Shown here in pieces: positions 37,300 to 46,085 of a DNA stretch of 64,000 bases (position 1 is its first letter; each line of letters begins with the position of its first letter). Where the stretch lies: the NCBI GenBank assembly GCA_902600225.1, contig CACKIH010000002.1, positions 13,743 through 77,742 on the forward strand. The letters run 5' to 3'. The position numbers and the translations under genes were made by a program. The stretch is from an uncultured Alphaproteobacteria bacterium (lineage in GTDB: Bacteria > Pseudomonadota > Alphaproteobacteria > HIMB59 > GCA-002718135). The notes under the pieces were generated by a model that saw nothing but the letters and a program-made list of their open reading frames with translations, searched no databases and was not told the origin of the DNA.

Positions 37300-38052
37300 A
37301 TGGCTTTAGACTTTAATCAACGATCTTATACTAAATCAGTAGATCAGGCGGCAATTGATGAAGGCTTGAGAGCGTATATGCTTAAAGTCTACAATTATAT
37401 GACTACAGGTTTGGTATTAACAGGATTTATTGCATATTTTTTTGGAAAAGCATCAATTGTGACTGGGGAAAATGGTCAACTTCTAGGATATACAGATCTT
37501 GGCGTATTACTTTTTGGATCTCCACTTGCATGGGTAATCATGTTAGCACCCTTAGGATTTGTGTTTTACCTTAGCGCGAGAATAAATAAAATTTCAACAA
37601 GCGCAGCCCAAATCACATTTTGGTTATTTGCATCAATAATGGGTTTATCAATGGCTTCGATTTTTATTCAATTTACAGGAACTTCAATAGCAAGGGTATT
37701 TTTTATAACAGCAGGTACTTTTGGAGCAATGAGTTTGTATGGATATACAACAAAAAGAGATCTTACAAAACTTGGTGGTTTCTTATTTATGGGTTTAATT
37801 GGAATTATTATTGCAAGTATTGCAAATTTTTGGTTTCAAAGTGGTCCGCTGTCATTTGCTATTTCAGTAATTGGTGTATTGGTTTTTGTAGGTCTAACAG
37901 CTTATGATACTCAAAACATTAAAAATGTATATTATGCCGGTGATAGTGAGGAGATAGGTTCTAAGAAAGCACTAATGGGTGCCTTAAAATTATACTTGGA
38001 TTTCATTAACCTATTCATTTTATTACTTCAATTATTTGGTCAAAGAAGATAA
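37300..38052 (+). CDS. Bax inhibitor-1/YccA family membrane protein
   Basis: A 250-aa protein with 7 TM helices, the N-terminal YMLKVYNYM, and a C-terminal LYLDFINLF motif. Confidence 0.85.
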   Translation: MALDFNQRSYTKSVDQAAIDEGLRAYMLKVYNYMTTGLVLTGFIAYFFGKASIVTGENGQLLGYTDLGVLLFGSPLAWVIMLAPLGFVFYLSARINKISTSAAQITFWLFASIMGLSMASIFIQFTGTSIARVFFITAGTFGAMSLYGYTTKRDLTKLGGFLFMGLIGIIIASIANFWFQSGPLSFAISVIGVLVFVGLTAYDTQNIKNVYYAGDSEEIGSKKALMGALKLYLDFINLFILLLQLFGQRR

Positions 38053-38083
38053 TTCTTTTAAAACCCGAATATCTTTTTATTAT

Positions 38084-38112
38084 ACCCAGTCTTTTAAAGG
38101 CTGGGTTTTTTT
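38084..38112 (+). terminator. Rho-independent terminator abutting next start codon
   Basis: The stem is acccag(tc)-ttttaaa-(gg)ctgggt, followed by T7. The ATG of the next ORF begins at 38113. Confidence 0.7.
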
Positions 38113-39918
38113 ATGTCTAACTTAGAAAATAAACTTAAGAAAATAGTTAACACATTTAACAATATAAATAAGGAAGAAGGCTATAGAGATATAATAAAAT
38201 TATCTGAAAAATATAAGAAGAATATGAAAGTTCTTAATGTATTGTCACAGATATCCCAAAAGATGGGTGATATAGATACAGCATTAAATTCTTTAAAAAA
38301 AATTTTATTAATAGAAAATAATAATGTCACTATTCTTTCTAAAATTTATAAATTATTATTAATCAAATCTTCATTGAACGAAGCTTTAAAATATATCGAT
38401 ACTATTTTAAGAATAGATAAGGAACATTATGAATCAATGCGTGATAAAGCTTATATTTATTTTTTAAAAAATGATTTTGTTAATGCAAAAAAATACATAG
38501 ATGAAATTCTAAAATTAAAAGATGAAGATTTCTTTGCCTATAATATTAAAGGTTTAATATATTTAAAAAATAATATTTTGCATGAAGCAAAAGATTATTT
38601 TCAGCAAGCAATTGAAATTAATAATAAACATGTTGATAGTTACAATAATTTAGGTGTTTGTTTGCTCGAATTAGAAAAATTAAATGAAGCATACAAAATT
38701 TTTAAAGATGCTTATGAAATAGACTCTAATAATACTAAAACTCTTATAAATTTAGGTAATGTTTTAAGTCTTCAAGATAATATTTTAGAAGCTATAAAAA
38801 TTTACAGTAAAGCTTTAAATTTGTCTCCTAATAATCAAGAAATTTTATCTAATATAGCAATATGTTATTGCAGAGAAAATAAAGAAAAAGAAGCTAAAAT
38901 TTATTATGATAAAGCGATAAAAATTAATCCATATGATTATAAATTAAAATATGCCTATTGTACTTTACAGTTAAAAATAAATAATTTTGCTGGTGCATGG
39001 GACTTGTTTGACTCAAGATTATTGATTGAAAAAAATAAAATTAAATTAAAAAATTTTGATTTAATTAAGAATAATCTGTTTGAGAATTTAAAAATTAATC
39101 CAGATAATAAAATACTAATTTTAAGAGAGCAAGGAATTGGTGAAGAAATTTTATTTAGCTCTGTATATCAAGAGATCATTGATAAATTTAAAGATATTAA
39201 AATTGAAGCTGATAAAAGACTGGTATCTGTATTTAATCGATCGTTTCAAAAGGATATATTCGTTGAAGATGGATATTATTCAAAAAATTCAAAAATATCT
39301 GAATTCGATAATGTAGTATTCGCTGGAAGTATAATCAAATTTTTTAGAAAAAGAAAAAGAGATTTTATTAATAGTAATTATTTAATAGCTAGAAATGATA
39401 TTATTAATAAATACAAAGAAAAATTATCTAATTACAAAGAAAAACTCAAAGTGGGTATTTCATGGAAAAGTTTAATAAATATTTATGGAAGTTTAAAATC
39501 ATTATCTATCAGGGATTTTGAGCCATTATTTACTAGTGACAGGCTTATTATAAACTTACAATATGGAAATGTTGAAAAAGAAAAAGAATATTTATCAAGT
39601 CAGAATAAGAATTTAAAAATTTTTAATGAATTAGACTTATACAATGATATTGAAGCTTGTATGGGTTTACTAAAAAACTTAGATTTATTTATAACAGTAA
39701 GTAACTCAACAGCTCATTTTGCTGGAGCTCTAGGTATACCCACGATATTAATATGTCCTAAAAAATCATCTACGTATTACTATTGGGATACAAATAGTGG
39801 ATCATCAGTATGGTATAAAAATATAAAAGTTTTAGGAATAGAAAGTTCAATAAATAAAACTGTAGAGCAAATAAACAACATTGTAGAAAAGAATAATGAA
39901 TTTAATTTCTCAAATTAA
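38113..39918 (+). CDS. TPR-repeat protein with C-terminal GT9-like (heptosyltransferase-fold, GT-B) domain, paralog 1
   Basis: The N-terminal ~290 aa contain TPR repeats. The C-terminal part has ILILREQGIGEEILFSS, GISWKS and LDLFITVSNSTAHFAGALGIPTILI, which are collinear with the GT9 motifs (RLSSLGD..., ...nDSGpmHLAaALG.P). Confidence 0.6.
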   Translation: MSNLENKLKKIVNTFNNINKEEGYRDIIKLSEKYKKNMKVLNVLSQISQKMGDIDTALNSLKKILLIENNNVTILSKIYKLLLIKSSLNEALKYIDTILRIDKEHYESMRDKAYIYFLKNDFVNAKKYIDEILKLKDEDFFAYNIKGLIYLKNNILHEAKDYFQQAIEINNKHVDSYNNLGVCLLELEKLNEAYKIFKDAYEIDSNNTKTLINLGNVLSLQDNILEAIKIYSKALNLSPNNQEILSNIAICYCRENKEKEAKIYYDKAIKINPYDYKLKYAYCTLQLKINNFAGAWDLFDSRLLIEKNKIKLKNFDLIKNNLFENLKINPDNKILILREQGIGEEILFSSVYQEIIDKFKDIKIEADKRLVSVFNRSFQKDIFVEDGYYSKNSKISEFDNVVFAGSIIKFFRKRKRDFINSNYLIARNDIINKYKEKLSNYKEKLKVGISWKSLINIYGSLKSLSIRDFEPLFTSDRLIINLQYGNVEKEKEYLSSQNKNLKIFNELDLYNDIEACMGLLKNLDLFITVSNSTAHFAGALGIPTILICPKKSSTYYYWDTNSGSSVWYKNIKVLGIESSINKTVEQINNIVEKNNEFNFSN

Positions 39919-41683
39919 TGTTATTCTTAAAAAATTTGAAACTGGTGATAAATTAAAAAGTTATAAAGAACTTCAAAAAATTTTTAAAAAAAACAAAGGT
40001 AATAATTTATTAAGATATAACCTAGCAGTTATTCAACAAAGTTTAAACATGAATAAAGAGGCTAGAATAAATTATAATTATTTAATAAAAAATGAGAAGA
40101 ATCTGAAAGCAATGATTAATCTTTATAATATGGATATTTCAGAAGCAAATTATTATGAGGCATTTAATACAATAGAAAGTATTTTAAAAATAAAAACAAT
40201 TGAAAACGTAATTAAAGACAAAGCTTTTGTTCTTTATAAATTGAATAGAATTGAAGAAGCAAAAAAAATTTGCATATTTTACCTAAATAAAAATAATAAA
40301 GATTTAGGTTTTCTTACTGTAATAGGTCAGTGCTTATTTCATGAAAGAAAATATGATGATGCAATTAAAATATTTGAAAATATTCTACAAATAGACTCAC
40401 AGAATCTATCAGCATTAAACTCTTTAGCAAGAACACATAATGAAAAAAACGAAAAAGTAAAAGCAGAAGAATACTATCTTAAAGCCTTAAAAATTGACGG
40501 TTCATCTTTTTATTTATTAAATAATATTGCGGGTTTTTATAGAGAGAATGCATCTTATGATAAAGCTATTGATTACTACAAACAAGCTCTTTTAGTAAAT
40601 CCAAATAATGCATATATCTATAACAATTTAGCTAAAATCTATTTTGATTTAAACAAACATGAAAAAGCTATAGAAAATAGTTTTAAAGCTTTAAAAATGA
40701 AAAAAAATGATGGTGATATTCAAAAAACAATTGCCTTCATATATCTCAAAGATCATGATTTTGAAAATGGTTGGAACTACTATGATGGAAGATTAGATAT
40801 TGATGATTTTAAAGAAAAGAATTATTTCATAGAGAAGTTAAACAAAAAATTATACAGATCAAGTAGTCTTAATAATAAAAAAGGTAAATTTCTAATTGTA
40901 CGTGAACAGGGAGTTGGAGATGAAATACTTTATAGTTCTATGTATGAAGATCTTTTAAGTGATTTTGATAATACAATTATAGAGTGTGATCCTCGTCTAT
41001 TAAATTTTTACAAAAGATCATTCCCAAAATATAGAGCAAAATTTGTTAGCCTTGGAACTATTACAGATGATGAAGAAAAGTTTAAAAAAATTGACAATAT
41101 AATTTATGCTGGAAGCCTAGGAAGATATTATCGTAAGAATATTAAAGATTTTAAAAATAATTCTTTTTTAAAAGTAGACGAAAAAAAATTAGAAAAAATA
41201 AAAAGAAAATTGTCAATTTATAAACAAAAATACAAGATTGGATTATCGTGGAAAAGTTTTAGTGATAAATTTGCAATAGATAAATCTCTAAACCTTAAAG
41301 ATTTTAATAATATTTTTAATCTTACTAATTGTGATATCTTTAATTTACAATATGGTATTGCTGAGGATGAAATAAATAGTTTCAATAATACAACTAAAAA
41401 TAAACTACTTAATATAGAAGGTTTGGATTTGTATAATGATTTTGAAGGTATTGCTGCATTATTAAAGTCACTTGATGTTTTTATTACTGTTAGTAACAGT
41501 ACTGCCCATCTTGCAGGAGCATTGGGTGTGAGAACAATTTTGATTAAACCAGAAAATTTTGCTATTTTTCATTACTGGAATCAAAAAACAGATAATACTC
41601 CATGGTATCCTTCAGTTAAACTAATTGATAAAAAAAAGTTTTTAAATGATACTAAATTTTTAAAAAAAATTTTAGGAATTTGA
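39896..41683 (+). CDS. TPR-repeat protein with C-terminal GT9-like domain, paralog 2
   Basis: Same architecture as paralog 1, with FLIVREQGVGDEILYSS, IGLSWKS and LDVFITVSNSTAHLAGALGVRTILI. It overlaps paralog 1 by 23 nt. Confidence 0.6.
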   Translation: MNLISQINVILKKFETGDKLKSYKELQKIFKKNKGNNLLRYNLAVIQQSLNMNKEARINYNYLIKNEKNLKAMINLYNMDISEANYYEAFNTIESILKIKTIENVIKDKAFVLYKLNRIEEAKKICIFYLNKNNKDLGFLTVIGQCLFHERKYDDAIKIFENILQIDSQNLSALNSLARTHNEKNEKVKAEEYYLKALKIDGSSFYLLNNIAGFYRENASYDKAIDYYKQALLVNPNNAYIYNNLAKIYFDLNKHEKAIENSFKALKMKKNDGDIQKTIAFIYLKDHDFENGWNYYDGRLDIDDFKEKNYFIEKLNKKLYRSSSLNNKKGKFLIVREQGVGDEILYSSMYEDLLSDFDNTIIECDPRLLNFYKRSFPKYRAKFVSLGTITDDEEKFKKIDNIIYAGSLGRYYRKNIKDFKNNSFLKVDEKKLEKIKRKLSIYKQKYKIGLSWKSFSDKFAIDKSLNLKDFNNIFNLTNCDIFNLQYGIAEDEINSFNNTTKNKLLNIEGLDLYNDFEGIAALLKSLDVFITVSNSTAHLAGALGVRTILIKPENFAIFHYWNQKTDNTPWYPSVKLIDKKKFLNDTKFLKKILGI

Positions 41684-42373
41684 GTTAAATTTATTAGAAA
41701 GATACTCATCTCTTTCCAATATCCATTCTTTTGCAAATTCAACATCTTGCCATTCAGAAAACCAAGGTCCGCCTCGTGTATAATGAACTGCATATGGTTT
41801 TTTATTATTGTGACCTGAAGTCCAACCTTCTAACCAATTCCATCTTTCATCTAGTATTCCAATTTCACTATCTTGACACCATTTAAATTGATGCAAATAT
41901 GCGCCAGTTTCATTATTTACTTTCTCAATTGTAAGGTTCTTTGTACTTGGATGAGAGCAATTATATAGAATAAAACTAGACCAATTTTTTCTTGGATAAT
42001 TTGTTTGTTTTTGTCCATCCATCTTATGTTTTTCTTTAGGGGTATAGTCATGTTGAACACAATAAGCAGCTTTTGTTTCATCAAGATTGTTTAACAAATT
42101 TGCCACATCTCCTAAAAAAATAAAATCACAATCACAAAAAACTGCCCATCCTTCATAATTCATTAGTTTAGGAACTAAAAATCTGGAATAAGTAAATTCT
42201 GTAGAAGCTAATGGATCGACATTTCTAGTATATAGGTTTTTAGCTATAAGCTCTTCAAGTTTTAAAGACACAACGTTCACTTTAATACTTGATCGCTTTA
42301 AAAGTGAATGTTTGCATACTCTATAAGCAATATCTTCTTTAGAATCATAACCTATAAAGAAATTTAAATTCAT
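41672..42373 (-). CDS. Putative GT-A glycosyltransferase, GT8-like
   Basis: A 233-aa protein with STEFTYSRFLVPKL and the DxD-type FCDCDFIF, then NWSSFILYN and VHYTRGGPWF. This order matches the retaining GT8-type layout. Confidence 0.5.
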   Translation of the reverse strand: MNLNFFIGYDSKEDIAYRVCKHSLLKRSSIKVNVVSLKLEELIAKNLYTRNVDPLASTEFTYSRFLVPKLMNYEGWAVFCDCDFIFLGDVANLLNNLDETKAAYCVQHDYTPKEKHKMDGQKQTNYPRKNWSSFILYNCSHPSTKNLTIEKVNNETGAYLHQFKWCQDSEIGILDERWNWLEGWTSGHNNKKPYAVHYTRGGPWFSEWQDVEFAKEWILERDEYLSNKFNSNS

Positions 42374-42374
42374 A

Positions 42375-43676
42375 TTAATAATTAGTATTTCTTAACATTT
42401 TATACGATGCCCAAACAAGCGAATTATAATTTCCAGAATTAGATATACTACTCCACTCATCTTGGGTTTGATTTGTAATTCTACAAATCCATGTATCTTC
42501 CATACTAGCATTTTCAGCTCTCATAATCCATGCATCACTTTTCTGTTTATCATTATTTTCTCCAAGTTCTATATCTGACATAAAGTAACAGATTTCTTTT
42601 GATGGATTAGATCCGATCATACCTGAAATATTTTCTCTAGCTAAATCCCAATTTAAATTTTTTATTGCAAAATACACTAAAAGTTTTTTAGATTCTTCCG
42701 AATTTAAATTATTTTTAATTAATTCAGTTATAAATTTTATTTGACCTAAATCATTCTGAATTATTATTTTTGTTATAATTGATCTAAGTAAAGAACTTTG
42801 GTTTAAATTCCAATACTTTTTAATTTGTTTACTTAAATTTCTTTTATCATTTGAGTTTGTGAGAATTTCTAAATGTAATTTTATATATGGAGCAAAGCTT
42901 TTCTTCAACTCAATTGCTTTAAGAATATTTTTTAAAGCATCTTTTATATCACTGTCAGATTTTATTTTTGCTATCTCATAATATCCAATTGATTTATTTT
43001 CACTAAGATCATTTTTATTTATAATTTTATTTGAGAAGGCTCTTTCTGATAATGAAATTAGTTGGTTCCAATTCTTTGTTTTAGCTGCAATAAATATTAG
43101 CGTTTCATAAAGCTTTTCAATATTTGGGTTCAACGAAAATAATTTTTCTCCATACAAAAAAGCATGGTGATAATCATGGTTTTGTAAATTTTGTTCCATT
43201 AACCCCCTGTACCCTAGTGTTTCTGTTTTTTTTGATTTAATCATATTTTCATAGACGTTGCTTAGTTCTGGAAATTTTTTCTCAATTTTTAAAACCTCAG
43301 ATTTTAGTAAGAGTGACAAAGAGGGATCATCTTTTAAATAAGAAGCCATTTTATTATGAGATTTTATTGCATTTTTATTATCTTTATTTGCTACAGCAAT
43401 CATTGCATCAACAAAATATAGATATCCTTTTTCAATTTTTTTGTATTTGTTTTTTAGTAAATATTTGCCTAATGATAATCTTGAGCGAAAAAATAAATAA
43501 AATATTAAATATAATAAAAAAACAAATGAAATGAAAATTACAGAAAATAAATTAGAAGAAAAAGAATATTTTAAATTTCCAATGTCCAAAGATATTGTAA
43601 ATGGATTAGTAAAAATAAATGTAAGAACTACTATTAAAAGTAATAATTGTAATATGAATATTGAAAACTTATACAT
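42375..43676 (-). CDS. HemY-like membrane protein (HemY_N + TPR-like helical repeats)
   Basis: Two N-terminal TM helices are separated by a short loop, followed by ~350 aa of helical repeats. Its start overlaps the upstream gene's stop by 1 nt. Confidence 0.65.
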   Translation of the reverse strand: MYKFSIFILQLLLLIVVLTFIFTNPFTISLDIGNLKYSFSSNLFSVIFISFVFLLYLIFYLFFRSRLSLGKYLLKNKYKKIEKGYLYFVDAMIAVANKDNKNAIKSHNKMASYLKDDPSLSLLLKSEVLKIEKKFPELSNVYENMIKSKKTETLGYRGLMEQNLQNHDYHHAFLYGEKLFSLNPNIEKLYETLIFIAAKTKNWNQLISLSERAFSNKIINKNDLSENKSIGYYEIAKIKSDSDIKDALKNILKAIELKKSFAPYIKLHLEILTNSNDKRNLSKQIKKYWNLNQSSLLRSIITKIIIQNDLGQIKFITELIKNNLNSEESKKLLVYFAIKNLNWDLARENISGMIGSNPSKEICYFMSDIELGENNDKQKSDAWIMRAENASMEDTWICRITNQTQDEWSSISNSGNYNSLVWASYKMLRNTNY

Positions 43677-44554
43677 TATTTAATTCTTGAAATTTCTTTC
43701 ATAAAACTATTATAATTTTTCATTTCATTAGAAGATATTTGAAAGAAATCTTCATATCTTTCAATATTACTTATACTATCGTATGCATTTTCTATTTGTC
43801 TATTTAGTATATATAAATTGATTTCTTCTAATAATTTAATTTTTTCATCAATAATTGTGTTCTCTGAGCTAGGTGAGAGTTTTATATATGGTAATAAAAC
43901 TTTATTAATAAAATTACTATTTTGATTCATCATGTTTTTTAAATAAAAATCTAATTCAGCTTTAAATTGGTTTTCTAAAAAAGTATGGCCTTTATATTTG
44001 TTATTTTTTAAAATTGATAATTTTTCTAAGACAGTATGATTACTATTACCTGATATTTTTTGGAGATAAATTAATTCTTTATCAAAAGTCAAACTGTTTT
44101 CATACTTAATTTTGATTAGTTCAACTATTTCATTTATTGACTGATTGATTAATTCTGGATTATTTTTTGATTGATTTTCAAAATTTTGATTTTTAATTGA
44201 AGAAATTTCTGTATTTAAAGTATTAAAATTTTTATTTAATATATCAATACTTTCATTAATTGCTGACAAATCAATATTACGATCTTTATTTAAATTTTCC
44301 TTAATGGAATTCTCTATGTTTAACAAAGATGCTTTTGTTTCAATTATTTCTTTAGAAATATTTTTTATAAATTCAGTATTTTCATTGATATTTTTTCTAA
44401 GCTCTTTTTCTAATTCAATTTGGTTTTTGGTAACCTCATCTTCATTTTGATAATTAATGTAAAGTATATAAATTAAGAAAAAAATACACAATAATAGAAT
44501 AAAACTTAAAGAAAATTTTGAGAAAATATAAAAACTTTCAAATATTTTTTTCAT
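43676..44554 (-). CDS. Membrane-anchored coiled-coil protein, HemX/alphaproteobacterial Mic60 (mitofilin)-like candidate
   Basis: Has an N-terminal TM (FSLSFILLLCIFFLIYILY), a long heptad-rich middle region and a ~90-aa C-terminal helical domain. It lies immediately upstream of the hemY-like gene. Confidence 0.35.
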   Translation of the reverse strand: MKKIFESFYIFSKFSLSFILLLCIFFLIYILYINYQNEDEVTKNQIELEKELRKNINENTEFIKNISKEIIETKASLLNIENSIKENLNKDRNIDLSAINESIDILNKNFNTLNTEISSIKNQNFENQSKNNPELINQSINEIVELIKIKYENSLTFDKELIYLQKISGNSNHTVLEKLSILKNNKYKGHTFLENQFKAELDFYLKNMMNQNSNFINKVLLPYIKLSPSSENTIIDEKIKLLEEINLYILNRQIENAYDSISNIERYEDFFQISSNEMKNYNSFMKEISRIK

Positions 44555-44617
44555 TATCTTTTTTTAGCATTATTAGATTGTTGTTTAACAGTGTAAAATA
44601 TTGTACCAAAATAAAAT

Positions 44618-45628
44618 ATGCTTGTATTTGCTACAGAAACCTCATGCGACGAAACATCAATATGTCTAATGGATAATAAGAGAATTATTGAGCATATTAC
44701 TTTTTCCCAAGAAATTCATAGCATACATGGGGGTGTTGTTCCAGAATTGGCAGCTAGATCACATTTAGAGAAAATTCAAATTATGACAGATTATCTGTTT
44801 AATAAAAAAAAAATAGAGCCAAATAAAATAGATATATTTGCCGCCACGTGTGGGCCTGGACTTATTGGAAGTTTGTTGGTTGGATCAACTTTTACAAAAT
44901 CTTTAGCAATTTCTTTTCAAAAACCTTTCATTCCGGTTAATCATCTTGAGGGTCATATCCTGTCAACAAGTTTTAATAATGATATTAAATTTCCAAGTCT
45001 GATTTTGCTTTTAACAGGAGGTCATACTCAGGTATATCTTATGAAAGACGAGAATAATGTTGAACTGTTAGGACAAACTGTTGATGATGCAATTGGAGAA
45101 GCCTTCGATAAAACAGCAAAGTTAATTGGATTGTCATATCCAGGTGGTGCTGAAATTGAAAGAGAGGCATTGGATGGAGATGAAAATAGGTTTATTTTGC
45201 CAAAACCATTAGTTAACGAAAAAAATTTTAATTTTTCATTTTCTGGCATTAAAACTCATGTCAATCTTTTAACAAAAAAAAATAAAATTGATAAAAAATT
45301 TATAAAAGATTTATCAGCATCCTTTCAAAAAAATATTGCAGAAATATTAATAAAAAAACTGCAACGAGGATTGGAGAGGCTTATGTCAGATAGAAAAATT
45401 ATAAGATCTATTTCTGTTGTAGGCGGAGTATCAAATAATAAATATATAAAAAATAAAATGGAAAATTTTTTTGTTAATAAAAATATTGAAATATATTATC
45501 CATTAAAAGAAATGATGATTGATAATGCAGCTATGATTGCGTGGGCAAGTATAAAACATTATAACAAAAAAAAAGATGATTTATTTTTTAAACCAAAACC
45601 TAGATTAAGTGTAAGAAGTGTACTATAA
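44618..45628 (+). CDS. tsaD: tRNA N6-adenosine threonylcarbamoyltransferase TsaD
   Basis: Contains ETSCDETS, HGGVVPELAARSH, NHLEGH and GGVSNN. Length is 336 aa. Confidence 0.95.
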   Translation: MLVFATETSCDETSICLMDNKRIIEHITFSQEIHSIHGGVVPELAARSHLEKIQIMTDYLFNKKKIEPNKIDIFAATCGPGLIGSLLVGSTFTKSLAISFQKPFIPVNHLEGHILSTSFNNDIKFPSLILLLTGGHTQVYLMKDENNVELLGQTVDDAIGEAFDKTAKLIGLSYPGGAEIEREALDGDENRFILPKPLVNEKNFNFSFSGIKTHVNLLTKKNKIDKKFIKDLSASFQKNIAEILIKKLQRGLERLMSDRKIIRSISVVGGVSNNKYIKNKMENFFVNKNIEIYYPLKEMMIDNAAMIAWASIKHYNKKKDDLFFKPKPRLSVRSVL

Positions 45629-45668
45629 AACTAATTTTATTAGTAAGTTTTAAGTGAAGAAAAAAATA

Positions 45669-46076
45669 ATGAAATACTGGCTGTTAAAATCTGAACCTGA
45701 TGCTTGGTCTTGGAATGATCAGGTTAAAGAAAAAGCATCAATGTGGGATGGTGTTAGAAATTATCAAGCAAGAAATAATTTAAAAAATATGAAAAGAGAT
45801 GATTTATGTTTTTTTTATCATTCAGTTACTGAAAAAAGTGTTGTTGGAATTGTCAAAGTAGTTAAAGAACACTATCCAGATCCTACTGATAAGACAGAAC
45901 GTTTTGTAGTAGTTGATGTTAAAGCAACAAAAAAACTCAAAAGACCTGTTTCTCTTGAACAAATTAAAAACAACAAAAAGTTAAAAAATATTGCTCTTGT
46001 AAAACAAAGTAGACTATCAGTAATGCCAATTAAAGAAGCTGAATGGAATGAAATAATTAAAATGTCATCAATTTAA
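45669..46076 (+). CDS. EVE (PUA-like) domain protein
   Basis: MKYWLLKSEPDAWSW...FFYHS...VVGIVKV...LSVMPI match the EVE family. I prefer the ATG at 45669 over the track's GTG at 45654. Confidence 0.8.
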   Translation: MKYWLLKSEPDAWSWNDQVKEKASMWDGVRNYQARNNLKNMKRDDLCFFYHSVTEKSVVGIVKVVKEHYPDPTDKTERFVVVDVKATKKLKRPVSLEQIKNNKKLKNIALVKQSRLSVMPIKEAEWNEIIKMSSI

Positions 46077-46085
46077 TTGAGTAAT

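Noticed and set aside
37620-37907. A 95-aa plus-strand ORF in an alternative frame inside the Bax-inhibitor-family gene.
   Set aside because: It is fully nested in a well-supported 7-TM gene. Its composition (W/Y/N/F/C-rich) looks like an off-frame translation artefact.
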